Part shown: piece by piece, positions 55,806 through 64,000 of the stretch
Numbering within the stretch: position 1 is the first letter of the stretch
How the letters are laid out: each line of letters begins with the position of its first letter
NCBI RefSeq assembly: GCF_011045215.1
Contig: NZ_CP049201.1
Direction: 5' to 3' (one strand)
DNA length: 64,000 nt
From: Escherichia coli
GTDB taxonomy: Bacteria > Pseudomonadota > Gammaproteobacteria > Enterobacterales > Enterobacteriaceae
Program-made: the position numbers and the translations under genes
The notes under the pieces: model-generated
What the model saw: only the letters and a program-made list of their open reading frames with translations
What the model was told of the DNA's origin: nothing
The model's database searches: none

Positions 55806-56470
55806 AAGCCAAAACCAAACTCCTGCACGACCTGGTTCTTAATACCTGACCACGATAGCGCCCCGTCTGACGGCATCCCTTTATCAAATTTATCCAGAAC
55901 GCTCGCCAGCGTTTTTACCGTTTGTTCGACAGACGACAATGGTTGCTCAAACTCAATCTGCCAGGTGTGCTGAACCTGCTTGTTCTGCTCAGAGAAACCG
56001 GATGTATCGATAAACGACCGCATCAGACAGCGCGTGTAGATGAAAGATGGCGTCATTACGGTGTAACAACCGCCATACTGGTTATGCATATCGAGCGCCA
56101 TTTTCAGCGCCGTAAACGTCATCCCCTTAGTGGTGTAGCCACCGTCCTCCGTTGATACCGGACGGATCATCTGCATGACTACCCGGTTAGGCTTCCTGAC
56201 GGTCGCATTCGCTGCCGTTACCTGGTTATAGAAATTCAGGTTGCAAATATCCTGCTGGACCAGCGTTGTCCCGGCCATTGGCGTGAATGCCGCCATCGAG
56301 CGTGTATGAATCTCTCCATGCAGCAGACCGTTCGCGATACTTAGTCCTTCGGTCAGAACAGCAATCGGCATCACCCCGCCGGGAATTTTCGACGCTATGC
56401 CATCAACTAAAAGAATGGGCGAAACTTCAAACGCCAGTTTGAAAGCTTGTCCAAAGTAATTAAGTGACAT
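55802..56470 (-). CDS. Hypothetical tail protein following tape measure
   Basis: 222 aa; 4-nt gap to TMP stop. Confidence 0.45.
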   Translation of the reverse strand: MSLNYFGQAFKLAFEVSPILLVDGIASKIPGGVMPIAVLTEGLSIANGLLHGEIHTRSMAAFTPMAGTTLVQQDICNLNFYNQVTAANATVRKPNRVVMQMIRPVSTEDGGYTTKGMTFTALKMALDMHNQYGGCYTVMTPSFIYTRCLMRSFIDTSGFSEQNKQVQHTWQIEFEQPLSSVEQTVKTLASVLDKFDKGMPSDGALSWSGIKNQVVQEFGFGL

Positions 56471-56473
56471 CTT

Positions 56474-58447
56474 TTACCCCGGTATTTGTTGCGTTCCGGC
56501 GAGTTGTGCCAGTATGTCGGAACCCGGCGATTGTCGCACCTGAAGCTCAATTATTGCGCGGGCATTTTTGCCAGCACCCTGAAGGTTATCTCTGGCATTT
56601 CTTAGCTGATTCATAATACCAGGGTGTTGATCCAAAGCTCCCTGTATCTGAGGCAATAATTTAATTAAATATTTTACAGTCTCCATTCTCAAACTTAGAT
56701 TTCCATCTCTATCAATACGACCTCCGTTATATGCCGTAAGCATTTTTGCCACATCGCCTTTATAACGCCGGTTCAGATCATTTAAAAAGCGGCCAGCCGC
56801 AAGAGTGGATTTATTTGGGTCATAAACATCATCACCCACCAGACCATACTGTTTTGCGGTGCTATCCCAGAATTGCCACAACCCCTTAGCGAATCTACCT
56901 TTTTCATCTGGAGTTCCTCTTGCCAGAGGATTCCACGAAGATTCAACCTCCGCGATAGCTGACATCATATTTTTAGGAAGTCGATAAGTATTATTGGCTT
57001 GCTCTACAAAGTTCTGAATATTTCTCTTTAAATCATTAGGCATACGGTAATTTTTATATACATCATCCTGTTTATAAAACTCACCCGTATACTGATTTGT
57101 CATCGGGTTTGCTCCCGGCAACGCACCACCGAGATATTTATTCCCAAATGCCGCAAGAACTGGATCTGCCTGTTCAGCACCAACTCCGGTTCCGGGGAGA
57201 TATTTATCTTCCCCACCGATCCATTTGATAGCTGACCATATTGCTTTTGCAATCCGGCTCACCGCCAGAGAAAAATCGTCAAGATCATTTTTAAATTGTT
57301 CGCTATTCAGCCACTTACCAAGTTTCTCCAGCCCTTCGCCAGCCTCAGTGAGAATTTTCTGAAAATTTCCACCATTCAGAAAACCTTCAATATTGGATGT
57401 CAGCCCATCAGATGCACCTGTGATTAGTGGGTTATATCTGGCGAGAGCTGCATACCAGGAATTTGATATTCTGTTTCCATTTACCATCAGGTTACTCACC
57501 GTATCCTGATAACCTGACTGCATAGCTGGCGTGAGGTAAGCACCGAGCAACCTGGTATTTGATGCAAATTTCTCGTTCAGTTGGGGGATCTTGTCCAGAT
57601 TCGCTTCCACCTGGTTAGTTGTCGCGACATCAACAAATCCAAGCCCTTGTCCGTTGAGAATCCCCTGAGTAAGTCCTGAACCTTTATATTGCTTAACGAG
57701 AGATGCAAGCGCGCTCATAAGTTTGGGCAGATTCTTTGCTGCACCATCTCGAGGATCAATTCCAAGACTGACCAGACCAGCATAGTTTGGATCATTCGGA
57801 TTTTTCTGTGCGTTCGCCAGATGCTGAACCAGTTCTTCTGTGCCAGAAAAATATGGCGAATAGGTGGCACGTGCGGCCTGCATCTGTGCGGTTTCCATAC
57901 CCAGCCCCTGAGCCACGCTGTATTGCGCTGCAACCTTGCTCGCCATATATCCGTACCCGAAAGCACCGACCGAACCAAGCGCCGCAATTTTGCTCCCCCA
58001 GGATACAGTCGTTTTAAACAGCGTTTTCAGTCGTGAATTGGTCGTTTTAAGCGTTGAATTGATCTGCTTGTAAGTTTTCAGCGTCCCCTGAGCGTTTTTA
58101 CCCAGACTACTGAGATACTTATCAAACATCGTTTCGCCGCGACCTTTATAGTTGCTCACCAGCGAATCAGGTGTTTTTCCGCTACCGACAAAGCTCCCTT
58201 TTTCATCCCTTAAACGTCCATCGGTGGGCGCAGGTGAAGATGGTTTCCTGGGAGCCTGATTGGCTTCTCCGCCCGAGGTTGCCTGCTGCGTGCCACCTCC
58301 TAGACCTGTATTTGAAGGTATTTTAAGCGGCGTCCCCGCAGGGCCAATCATCAGCCCATTGCGATACTTTTCAAATATCGCCTCAAGTCGCTTAAGGTGT
58401 TCTTCATTAACGTCCAGTGTCAGAACTGGCATCTGATTACCTGACAT
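56474..58447 (-). CDS. Tail tape measure protein with lytic transglycosylase-like domain
   Basis: 657 aa, Gly/Ala-rich; SLT-like motif AIAEVESSWNPLA...GLWQFWDSTA; follows frameshift chaperone. Confidence 0.75.
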   Translation of the reverse strand: MSGNQMPVLTLDVNEEHLKRLEAIFEKYRNGLMIGPAGTPLKIPSNTGLGGGTQQATSGGEANQAPRKPSSPAPTDGRLRDEKGSFVGSGKTPDSLVSNYKGRGETMFDKYLSSLGKNAQGTLKTYKQINSTLKTTNSRLKTLFKTTVSWGSKIAALGSVGAFGYGYMASKVAAQYSVAQGLGMETAQMQAARATYSPYFSGTEELVQHLANAQKNPNDPNYAGLVSLGIDPRDGAAKNLPKLMSALASLVKQYKGSGLTQGILNGQGLGFVDVATTNQVEANLDKIPQLNEKFASNTRLLGAYLTPAMQSGYQDTVSNLMVNGNRISNSWYAALARYNPLITGASDGLTSNIEGFLNGGNFQKILTEAGEGLEKLGKWLNSEQFKNDLDDFSLAVSRIAKAIWSAIKWIGGEDKYLPGTGVGAEQADPVLAAFGNKYLGGALPGANPMTNQYTGEFYKQDDVYKNYRMPNDLKRNIQNFVEQANNTYRLPKNMMSAIAEVESSWNPLARGTPDEKGRFAKGLWQFWDSTAKQYGLVGDDVYDPNKSTLAAGRFLNDLNRRYKGDVAKMLTAYNGGRIDRDGNLSLRMETVKYLIKLLPQIQGALDQHPGIMNQLRNARDNLQGAGKNARAIIELQVRQSPGSDILAQLAGTQQIPG

Positions 58448-59128
58448 TCAATACCCCTCCCGGCGTCGTGCATTTACGCAGCTCACGAAACTGAGCTGCT
58501 GTTTTTACATTCAGACCGGAATTTGCCCAGATGTCGCTGAATCCGTCTCCGGCTGAGTAGTCGAGGATGTCGCTGATAACGTGCTCGCCGTCGCGCCAGA
58601 ACTGGCGACAGGCTTCAATGTCGGCAATGAAGCAATCCATTCCGTAAGACTCAAGGATGAAGTGCGACTGTTCCACATTCCACTGACTACCAGCATCATC
58701 TGTTCCGTCTGCTCCGGTGTGTTTATCGACGAGACGCATGTAAAAAAAACGAGTTCACCTGCCACATCATCAAATTCAACGATGCCGCGCTCTAGCGCCA
58801 TATCAAGCGGGATCGTGTCGTAGCCTTTCCCTTCGACTGGGTAAACCAGATTCGCAAGACGAATGATTTCATTCACGAGCGTATTGCGAACGCCCTTTTC
58901 GCCATCCCAGATATTCATATCTGAGGAGATCCGTTCCAGCATAAGGCAGGCGATACGCGGCCCCGAAACGACGCCAAGACCTTCTGAAAAAATGGCAGAA
59001 AAGGTTTTACTCAGAATAAAGAAATGCTCTTTAAACACCTCTTTGCTGATCGGCGTGGCATGGATCCAGCCGTTCCCCTTTTCTGTCCGGACAGGAATAA
59101 TCAGATTCAAATTTCGCGCGATTTTCAT
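58437..59128 (-). CDS. Tail assembly chaperone, 0-frame product 59128..58511 and -1 frameshift fusion extending to 58437
   Basis: Slippery T-tract (minus 58749-58742) in overlap of two frames; second frame ends 8 nt inside TMP start; classic chaperone arrangement between tube and TMP. Confidence 0.65.
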
Positions 59129-59568
59129 ACCAGATCCCACATTTCAGAGTTGATGTAATACGTACCGGTAATGGTGATGGCTACACCAGGCTCGCCCCCG
59201 GCGAAGGTCATATCCTGCACGTTGGTGATCGCCGTGTTATAGATATCGAAGTCACCGAATACCGTGCTGTCGCTATACACTTTTGCGTCGCCGATCGTGG
59301 CGTTCTTTTCCCATTGAGCCTTGAATTGTTTCCCCAGCGCCTGGCTACGCAGCAGATGAACACGCGCCTGTAAAATCATGTATGGCTGCGGCGACTGCAC
59401 GGCTCCCGTCATGGCGGGTAAAAACTCCGTGATATTGCCCTGAAAGGACAATTCGACGCCTTCTTTTGCCAGAAATGAGGCGGACACATTCAGTTCGGAA
59501 TGAGAGGTGAATTTAACGCTGGCGCGAACCCGGTTAAGGGTGCCAACGGGGATCATTGGATTAGGCAC
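59125..59568 (-). CDS. Tail tube protein (by position/size)
   Basis: 147 aa between sheath-sized gene and chaperone; ATGA overlap with chaperone start. Confidence 0.55.
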   Translation of the reverse strand: MPNPMIPVGTLNRVRASVKFTSHSELNVSASFLAKEGVELSFQGNITEFLPAMTGAVQSPQPYMILQARVHLLRSQALGKQFKAQWEKNATIGDAKVYSDSTVFGDFDIYNTAITNVQDMTFAGGEPGVAITITGTYYINSEMWDLV

Positions 59569-59579
59569 GGTTCAGTCCC

Positions 59580-60917
59580 TCACGAAAGCTGCATTGTCAC
59601 ATTGATGTTAAAAATGATTTCGACAAATCCGCGCATCGGCGTATAGGAGGCCGAAAGGCCCGCATAACGCCCGATACCGTAATCATTCGGATTCGTGTTG
59701 ATATACTGGCGGAAAGGCACTGCATCTACGACAGGCTGGCCGTTGACCAGGCCGTAAGATACGCCCGTATTGAACACCGCCTGTGCGACCTGCTGCAGAC
59801 GGTCGATCCCGTCCTGGTTGTAGTAAAGCGGGTTAATTGGGTTATTGCAGCCGTTGATCACCGCGTTGGCGAGCTGCATATCGACGTTAATCTGCACCCA
59901 ATCCACGGAATACCAGTACGTCATATCGTTACCGTCACTGGTAACGCCTTTCACCAGGATCGTGTTGGAGATTCCACCCTCAGCACCCGTTTCGATGTAG
60001 TTAATATTCTGCTTCGTCATCGTGGCCAGAATGGAATTTTTGCCCTTGTGGGCGTTTACCGCCTGTAAATAGCGAAATGCCATCGGCGGCACCTTGTTGA
60101 TTTCTGAAGGTGATGCGGAAACATAGTTCCACATTACGGCTGCTGCCGCGTTTGTCGCCGGGTACGTATCATCCGCCGTTGCAATAACCGACTTAATACC
60201 GGCATAAGGCGAAACGTAATTCGTGTCGTCCGGCGTTTTCGTCAGCACGAAGAAATACTGCATCGCTTCGTTGGCGGTGTGGAGTTTTGCCAGACTGATA
60301 AACTCTGCGTCACCATCCCACGGCTGCGGCACCAGATACGCATAAAAACGCAGGAGCGGATCTTCCATATAAGCTTTCAGTGCAGCGATTTCCTTACTGA
60401 CTCCGCCTTTCTGTACTCCCAACTCCAGCAGGTAAATCCCCACTGAATTTCCCTGGGCAAAAAACGTGTTTACTGCCGTCACCAGATTTTCACTGCCAGC
60501 AATGGAAAACTGACCCAGTGTCACTGGCGAACCGGAAAGCTGAGAATCAGCTATTGTCCAGGTCAGTGTTTTTTCATCCGCGACGGTAGCAGTATATTCG
60601 CCGTTCCACGCGTCGGGAGAGCAACCGGAAACGACAATCTTTACCTCAGAACTGTTTTCGCGCCGGATATTACTCCCTTCCGGAAGCGTCATCGTAACAG
60701 TGACGTTTGTCGCAGATTTTCCTGCGGCTGCTGCCGACAGTGCTGCAATCGGATTTTTAACCAGATCGTTGATATCCTGATTACGGGTGAGTAATACGGG
60801 TTTCCCAGGCTCATGAGTCGTGGAGCCAAACGAGAGAACCGCGGACATCTGCTGCAAATTCGAGGGAATGGCCCCGATGGTCTGGGACACATTCACCGTG
60901 ACGATATTAAATCCCAT
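59580..60917 (-). CDS. Tail sheath protein (by position/size)
   Basis: 445 aa immediately upstream of tube. Confidence 0.55.
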   Translation of the reverse strand: MGFNIVTVNVSQTIGAIPSNLQQMSAVLSFGSTTHEPGKPVLLTRNQDINDLVKNPIAALSAAAAGKSATNVTVTMTLPEGSNIRRENSSEVKIVVSGCSPDAWNGEYTATVADEKTLTWTIADSQLSGSPVTLGQFSIAGSENLVTAVNTFFAQGNSVGIYLLELGVQKGGVSKEIAALKAYMEDPLLRFYAYLVPQPWDGDAEFISLAKLHTANEAMQYFFVLTKTPDDTNYVSPYAGIKSVIATADDTYPATNAAAAVMWNYVSASPSEINKVPPMAFRYLQAVNAHKGKNSILATMTKQNINYIETGAEGGISNTILVKGVTSDGNDMTYWYSVDWVQINVDMQLANAVINGCNNPINPLYYNQDGIDRLQQVAQAVFNTGVSYGLVNGQPVVDAVPFRQYINTNPNDYGIGRYAGLSASYTPMRGFVEIIFNINVTMQLS

Positions 60918-61861
60918 TATTTAACCTCATATTTACAAATAACTTTTTCAATCAACTGCCGGGATATTTTCCGGGCGGTGCTCTGGTAGTAATTCACGTC
61001 AAAATCGACAATCTTTTTCTTCGCCAGAGCGTTGATTTCAACCTGTCCCGACTTTGCGTCCTGAACCACCGGAATATTGGTTACACCAAACTTTTCCTCC
61101 TCCAGCGCCCTGTTCACCACCGAGTCGACAAGATCCAGCGCCATTTTGTTGCTGAATCCGTAAAGCGTCAGGCGAACCGAATCCTGGACTAGCTGGAACC
61201 GCTCACCGCCGAAAACAACGGGAGCCACCTGCAACGGAATACTGTTGCGAACATCCACCGCGATATACGGAGGGCGAAGGTTCTGCGGTACCAGGTAAGA
61301 CGGATACACGGTCGCGGCATCTTTCATTTGCAGCCAGATCGGGATGCTGTTGGAGATGATCTGCTCGTCGCTGATATCCTCCTCGCAGTCGATAATCTGA
61401 GAACGCATGGTTGGTAAAATCGCCATGCCGCGATAATGAAAAATACCAGACTGCTGATAACGGCTCTCCATTCGTGAAAAAGCGAACTGGACGCCTCCGT
61501 ACTCACCGAGATAGATCGCATCGGGATTTTCCACATTAAAATCATCAACCTGCTGAACAGGCGTGAAAATAATGTTGTTCACATCCTTCGAGACAGACTC
61601 GTCCTGAATCGCAATAACCTGACGATGCAGGCTGCCTTTGATTTTCAGACGAGTTGGTGACTCAATATTCAGGCGACACAGTTCATCGCAACTGATGATT
61701 TCCGCATTAACCCAATAGACAAAGCCATCCAGCGGCAGAACCTGCCGGACATAGAGCCTGAACGTGATTTCCTGGTCTGACGAGATGGTTTCAACTGCGG
61801 ATTTAAGAACGGACGAGAGCTGCGAACTGTGCTGTTCGGCTAATTCCTCAAGACTCGGCAT
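60917..61861 (-). CDS. Hypothetical head-tail joining / tail completion protein
   Basis: 314-aa ORF between head-side genes and sheath. Confidence 0.4.
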   Translation of the reverse strand: MPSLEELAEQHSSQLSSVLKSAVETISSDQEITFRLYVRQVLPLDGFVYWVNAEIISCDELCRLNIESPTRLKIKGSLHRQVIAIQDESVSKDVNNIIFTPVQQVDDFNVENPDAIYLGEYGGVQFAFSRMESRYQQSGIFHYRGMAILPTMRSQIIDCEEDISDEQIISNSIPIWLQMKDAATVYPSYLVPQNLRPPYIAVDVRNSIPLQVAPVVFGGERFQLVQDSVRLTLYGFSNKMALDLVDSVVNRALEEEKFGVTNIPVVQDAKSGQVEINALAKKKIVDFDVNYYQSTARKISRQLIEKVICKYEVK

Positions 61862-62303
61862 TATTATCTATCCACGCTATAAAGCTGCCCTTAAACAGGC
61901 CGCCGTCTATGAATGACGGACGCCGCTCTCCGGTATACTTGTCCTTAAGCCTGGAGTTAACGCCCAGTAGCGCGGCCTGAGTTGGCACAGGGTTTCCGTT
62001 AATCGTCATCCCGGCCATTTCTTCAGTTTCAAGAAAAATATGGAAAATCTTCCCGGTCCCTTCCAGAAAATGCTCGCCAGGTAGCGGAGCCTTATACTTG
62101 AAGTGATTGACCAACTGGTACGCCAGTTCAGTACCTGCCTCCTGGATAATCTCGTCCTTATGCATTTCCCAGAAGTGCGTAAAAATTTCGTATCGCTCCT
62201 CGAGGTCACAGGCTACGTCAAACGTGGTTTTTCCCGGTTCGTCGCCGTAGTCATACGGCTGGTCGATAACCCCAAAACAAAGTTTCATGGCGTGTAACCC
62301 CAT
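61848..62303 (-). CDS. Hypothetical head-tail connector protein
   Basis: 151-aa coupled ORF. Confidence 0.4.
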   Translation of the reverse strand: MGLHAMKLCFGVIDQPYDYGDEPGKTTFDVACDLEERYEIFTHFWEMHKDEIIQEAGTELAYQLVNHFKYKAPLPGEHFLEGTGKIFHIFLETEEMAGMTINGNPVPTQAALLGVNSRLKDKYTGERRPSFIDGGLFKGSFIAWIDNNAES

Positions 62304-62725
62304 ACCGTGCCCATCTGCATCAGCACCGCAACAACCTGTCGCCCATACGGATCCTGTAACATCTGCAAATCCAGCAAAGACAGATTACTCAGCGCGTCGC
62401 TGATGGTGATCGAACCCGATGTCCCCTGGTCTGCTGCCGCGCTGACAAGCCCGGTAGCCAGTTTCCCCAGGTTGAGTTTTTTTCTCAGGTCGGCAAACCA
62501 CGAGCCGGGAGCGAAATTCAGGAGAAATGAGGCAGCAGCGTTATAAACCGTTCGCACATAGATGATGGATAAACGCTCCAGCCCCTGATCGTGAGGGATT
62601 AGCTCCATCGCAGACTGAAAGCAACATTCCAGCGTCGGATCATCGTCAGCAATAGCGTGAACCGGTACTTTCATGTCTTCACGAACGAAGCGAATAAACC
62701 CCTCCAGTGACGGACGCAGGGTCAT
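62285..62725 (-). CDS. Hypothetical head-tail connector protein
   Basis: 146-aa coupled ORF. Confidence 0.4.
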   Translation of the reverse strand: MTLRPSLEGFIRFVREDMKVPVHAIADDDPTLECCFQSAMELIPHDQGLERLSIIYVRTVYNAAASFLLNFAPGSWFADLRKKLNLGKLATGLVSAAADQGTSGSITISDALSNLSLLDLQMLQDPYGRQVVAVLMQMGTVWGYTP

Positions 62726-63222
62726 TATTTTTTAACCTTAATATTTCGCTTTGTGCTGGGCGGATTTTCCTGTTCGGTGTTAACCGCTTCCCCGGTGATT
62801 TCCATCTCAATACCGCCCGGTTGAGGTTTTTCGCCACTCTGAATCACCGCCTGATCCACTGCGTTATTCAGCGATACAGCGCTGGCTGCGAGAATTTCTT
62901 CTGACAGGGATTCCAGATTTTCCGTTTTCTGCTCCGCGCAATCCTCAATGCGACCGACGCTCACAGGTTTATCGATGGAATAGCAGATACCGGAAAAATT
63001 CTTGTCCACCTTGTCACAACGCTGGAATCCGTAAGGCTCATGCTGTCGGATGATGTGGTCGATAATATCGGACTGATTTTCGATCATATGCTGACGTCCG
63101 GACGGAATTGTCACACCGAACGACTGCGTTTTTTCGGGGAGTTTGTAGTTGAACGTGTGCGGCTGACGTGAGCAGTTAGCGATGTAGAGCTTCATAAATT
63201 TTCCCACAAAAAAGGGGAGCAT
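62725..63222 (-). CDS. Hypothetical structural protein
   Basis: 165-aa ORF; alternative start MKLYIANCS about 27 nt downstream. Confidence 0.35.
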   Translation of the reverse strand: MLPFFVGKFMKLYIANCSRQPHTFNYKLPEKTQSFGVTIPSGRQHMIENQSDIIDHIIRQHEPYGFQRCDKVDKNFSGICYSIDKPVSVGRIEDCAEQKTENLESLSEEILAASAVSLNNAVDQAVIQSGEKPQPGGIEMEITGEAVNTEQENPPSTKRNIKVKK

Positions 63223-63251
63223 TTAGCTCCCCGCATTATCAGATTGAACGT

Positions 63252-64000
63252 TTATGCGTATTTGGCAGACAACAGAGTGATCCCCTCAGGGCGGAAGTTC
63301 CAGCCCGGCGTCGCGCGCATGGTATACAACGTGGTCAGGCCGCCATCCGGCATAGGGGACGGAATTTCCGTCGGCGCTGCCATATCACAGAACATCACGT
63401 TGACGGCCTGCTGGTTAGGGACCAGCGTGGAGAAAATATTGGTGTTAATGTTGTGACGCGCTTCCGGAACCTCAATCGTCGGGTTCGTAACGATGATCAG
63501 GTCATTACCACCAGCGCCTTTACCGATCAGCGTGTCGTCCTGGCAGAAAATGATGTCGTCGCCTGCCGCCTTATCGGCGACGTCTTTAACCATCGTTCCC
63601 ACCGTTCCGGTACCACCACCAGGACGCTGGTAACTGGTCAGCTCAACAATTCCTGTCCACTCCAGCGCCTTCATGAATCGCTGTGGGCTCAGAATAACAG
63701 TCGTTAATGGCTGCCCCAGCAGCAACATGCGGGTTTTCTGGTCAGCAATCAGGCCAAGCATAAATTTAGCCATCTCGCCGGAATCCCAGGTGGTATATGA
63801 ATCATTCCCTTTGCTGTCGTTGCCCAGATTCAGCGTCACTGCGTTCGGGGAGTTGGTGATCCCCTCGTTATTAGCTGCATTCACGCCATACAGCAGCATA
63901 TTACGCAACATTTGAGCGTGTCCCTGACGGTTAGCCAGGCGCAAGCCTTCAATCAGAGAATAGCCCCAGCGATCTGCTGCATCAGTATCGAGATAGCTGT
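63252..64000 (-). CDS. Putative major capsid protein, 3' portion (open to window end)
   Basis: Reading frame stays open upstream to position 64000; position upstream of connector/tail genes; identity by position only. Confidence 0.4.
   Translation of the reverse strand, partial: SYLDTDAADRWGYSLIEGLRLANRQGHAQMLRNMLLYGVNAANNEGITNSPNAVTLNLGNDSKGNDSYTTWDSGEMAKFMLGLIADQKTRMLLLGQPLTTVILSPQRFMKALEWTGIVELTSYQRPGGGTGTVGTMVKDVADKAAGDDIIFCQDDTLIGKGAGGNDLIIVTNPTIEVPEARHNINTNIFSTLVPNQQAVNVMFCDMAAPTEIPSPMPDGGLTTLYTMRATPGWNFRPEGITLLSAKYA

Larger units (their letters stand above)
43551..64000. mobile_element. Prophage terminal region (contractile-tail structural module plus cargo), integrated at the ttcA/Rac locus; continues beyond window
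   Basis: Uninterrupted minus-strand array of tightly coupled genes (capsid-like, sheath, tube, frameshift chaperone, tape measure, baseplate, fibres) abutting the ttcA fragment; left boundary approximate. Confidence 0.85.

Noticed and set aside
58437-58739. 100-aa ORF as an independent gene
   Set aside because: It lies in the -1 frame overlapping the chaperone 3' end with a slippery T-tract at the overlap; better explained as the frameshift extension
43551-64000. Identification of the prophage as Rac itself
   Set aside because: Same integration locus, but the window shows a full contractile-tail module and no pinR-like invertase; K-12 Rac content as I recall it does not match. A relationship to Rac-family elements cannot be excluded without database comparison

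Overview
The window is an Escherichia coli-type chromosomal segment (about 1-43.4 kb) joined to one end of a prophage (about 43.5-64 kb, running off the window). The chromosomal part reads like the K-12 hrpA-uspF region in inverted orientation: ydcF (partial), hrpA, azoR, ynbDCBA, ydbD, ydbC, the phenylacetate cluster paaYX/paaKJIHGFEDCBA with divergent paaZ, tynA, feaB, feaR, ydbL-ynbE-ydbH, ldhA, hslJ, ydbJ, ydbK(pfo), the sRNA micC, ompN and uspF. Gene names rest on my recollection of K-12 protein sequences plus motifs visible in the translations; no database search was possible. A 17-codon ttcA-like 5' fragment at 43497-43550 marks the prophage junction, the same locus Rac occupies in K-12, but the content here is a contractile-tail (myovirus-type) structural module. 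Structural gene roles are assigned mainly by order, size and a few motifs. The two most interesting candidates are both inside the prophage: (1) an AT-rich single-gene moron (51879-53054) wedged between baseplate genes, encoding an orphan HsdR-N-like PD-(D/E)xK nuclease-domain protein followed by its own intrinsic terminator; (2) a translationally coupled pair at the prophage terminus (43874-45666), an unknown ~223-aa protein plus an HTH-XRE/ImmA-IrrE HEXXH metallopeptidase fusion. Both look like candidate anti-phage defence or toxin-antitoxin-like cargo. Also noted: a -1 frameshift tail chaperone on a T-tract, tandem fibre/chaperone modules without an invertase, and intrinsic terminators punctuating the late operon.
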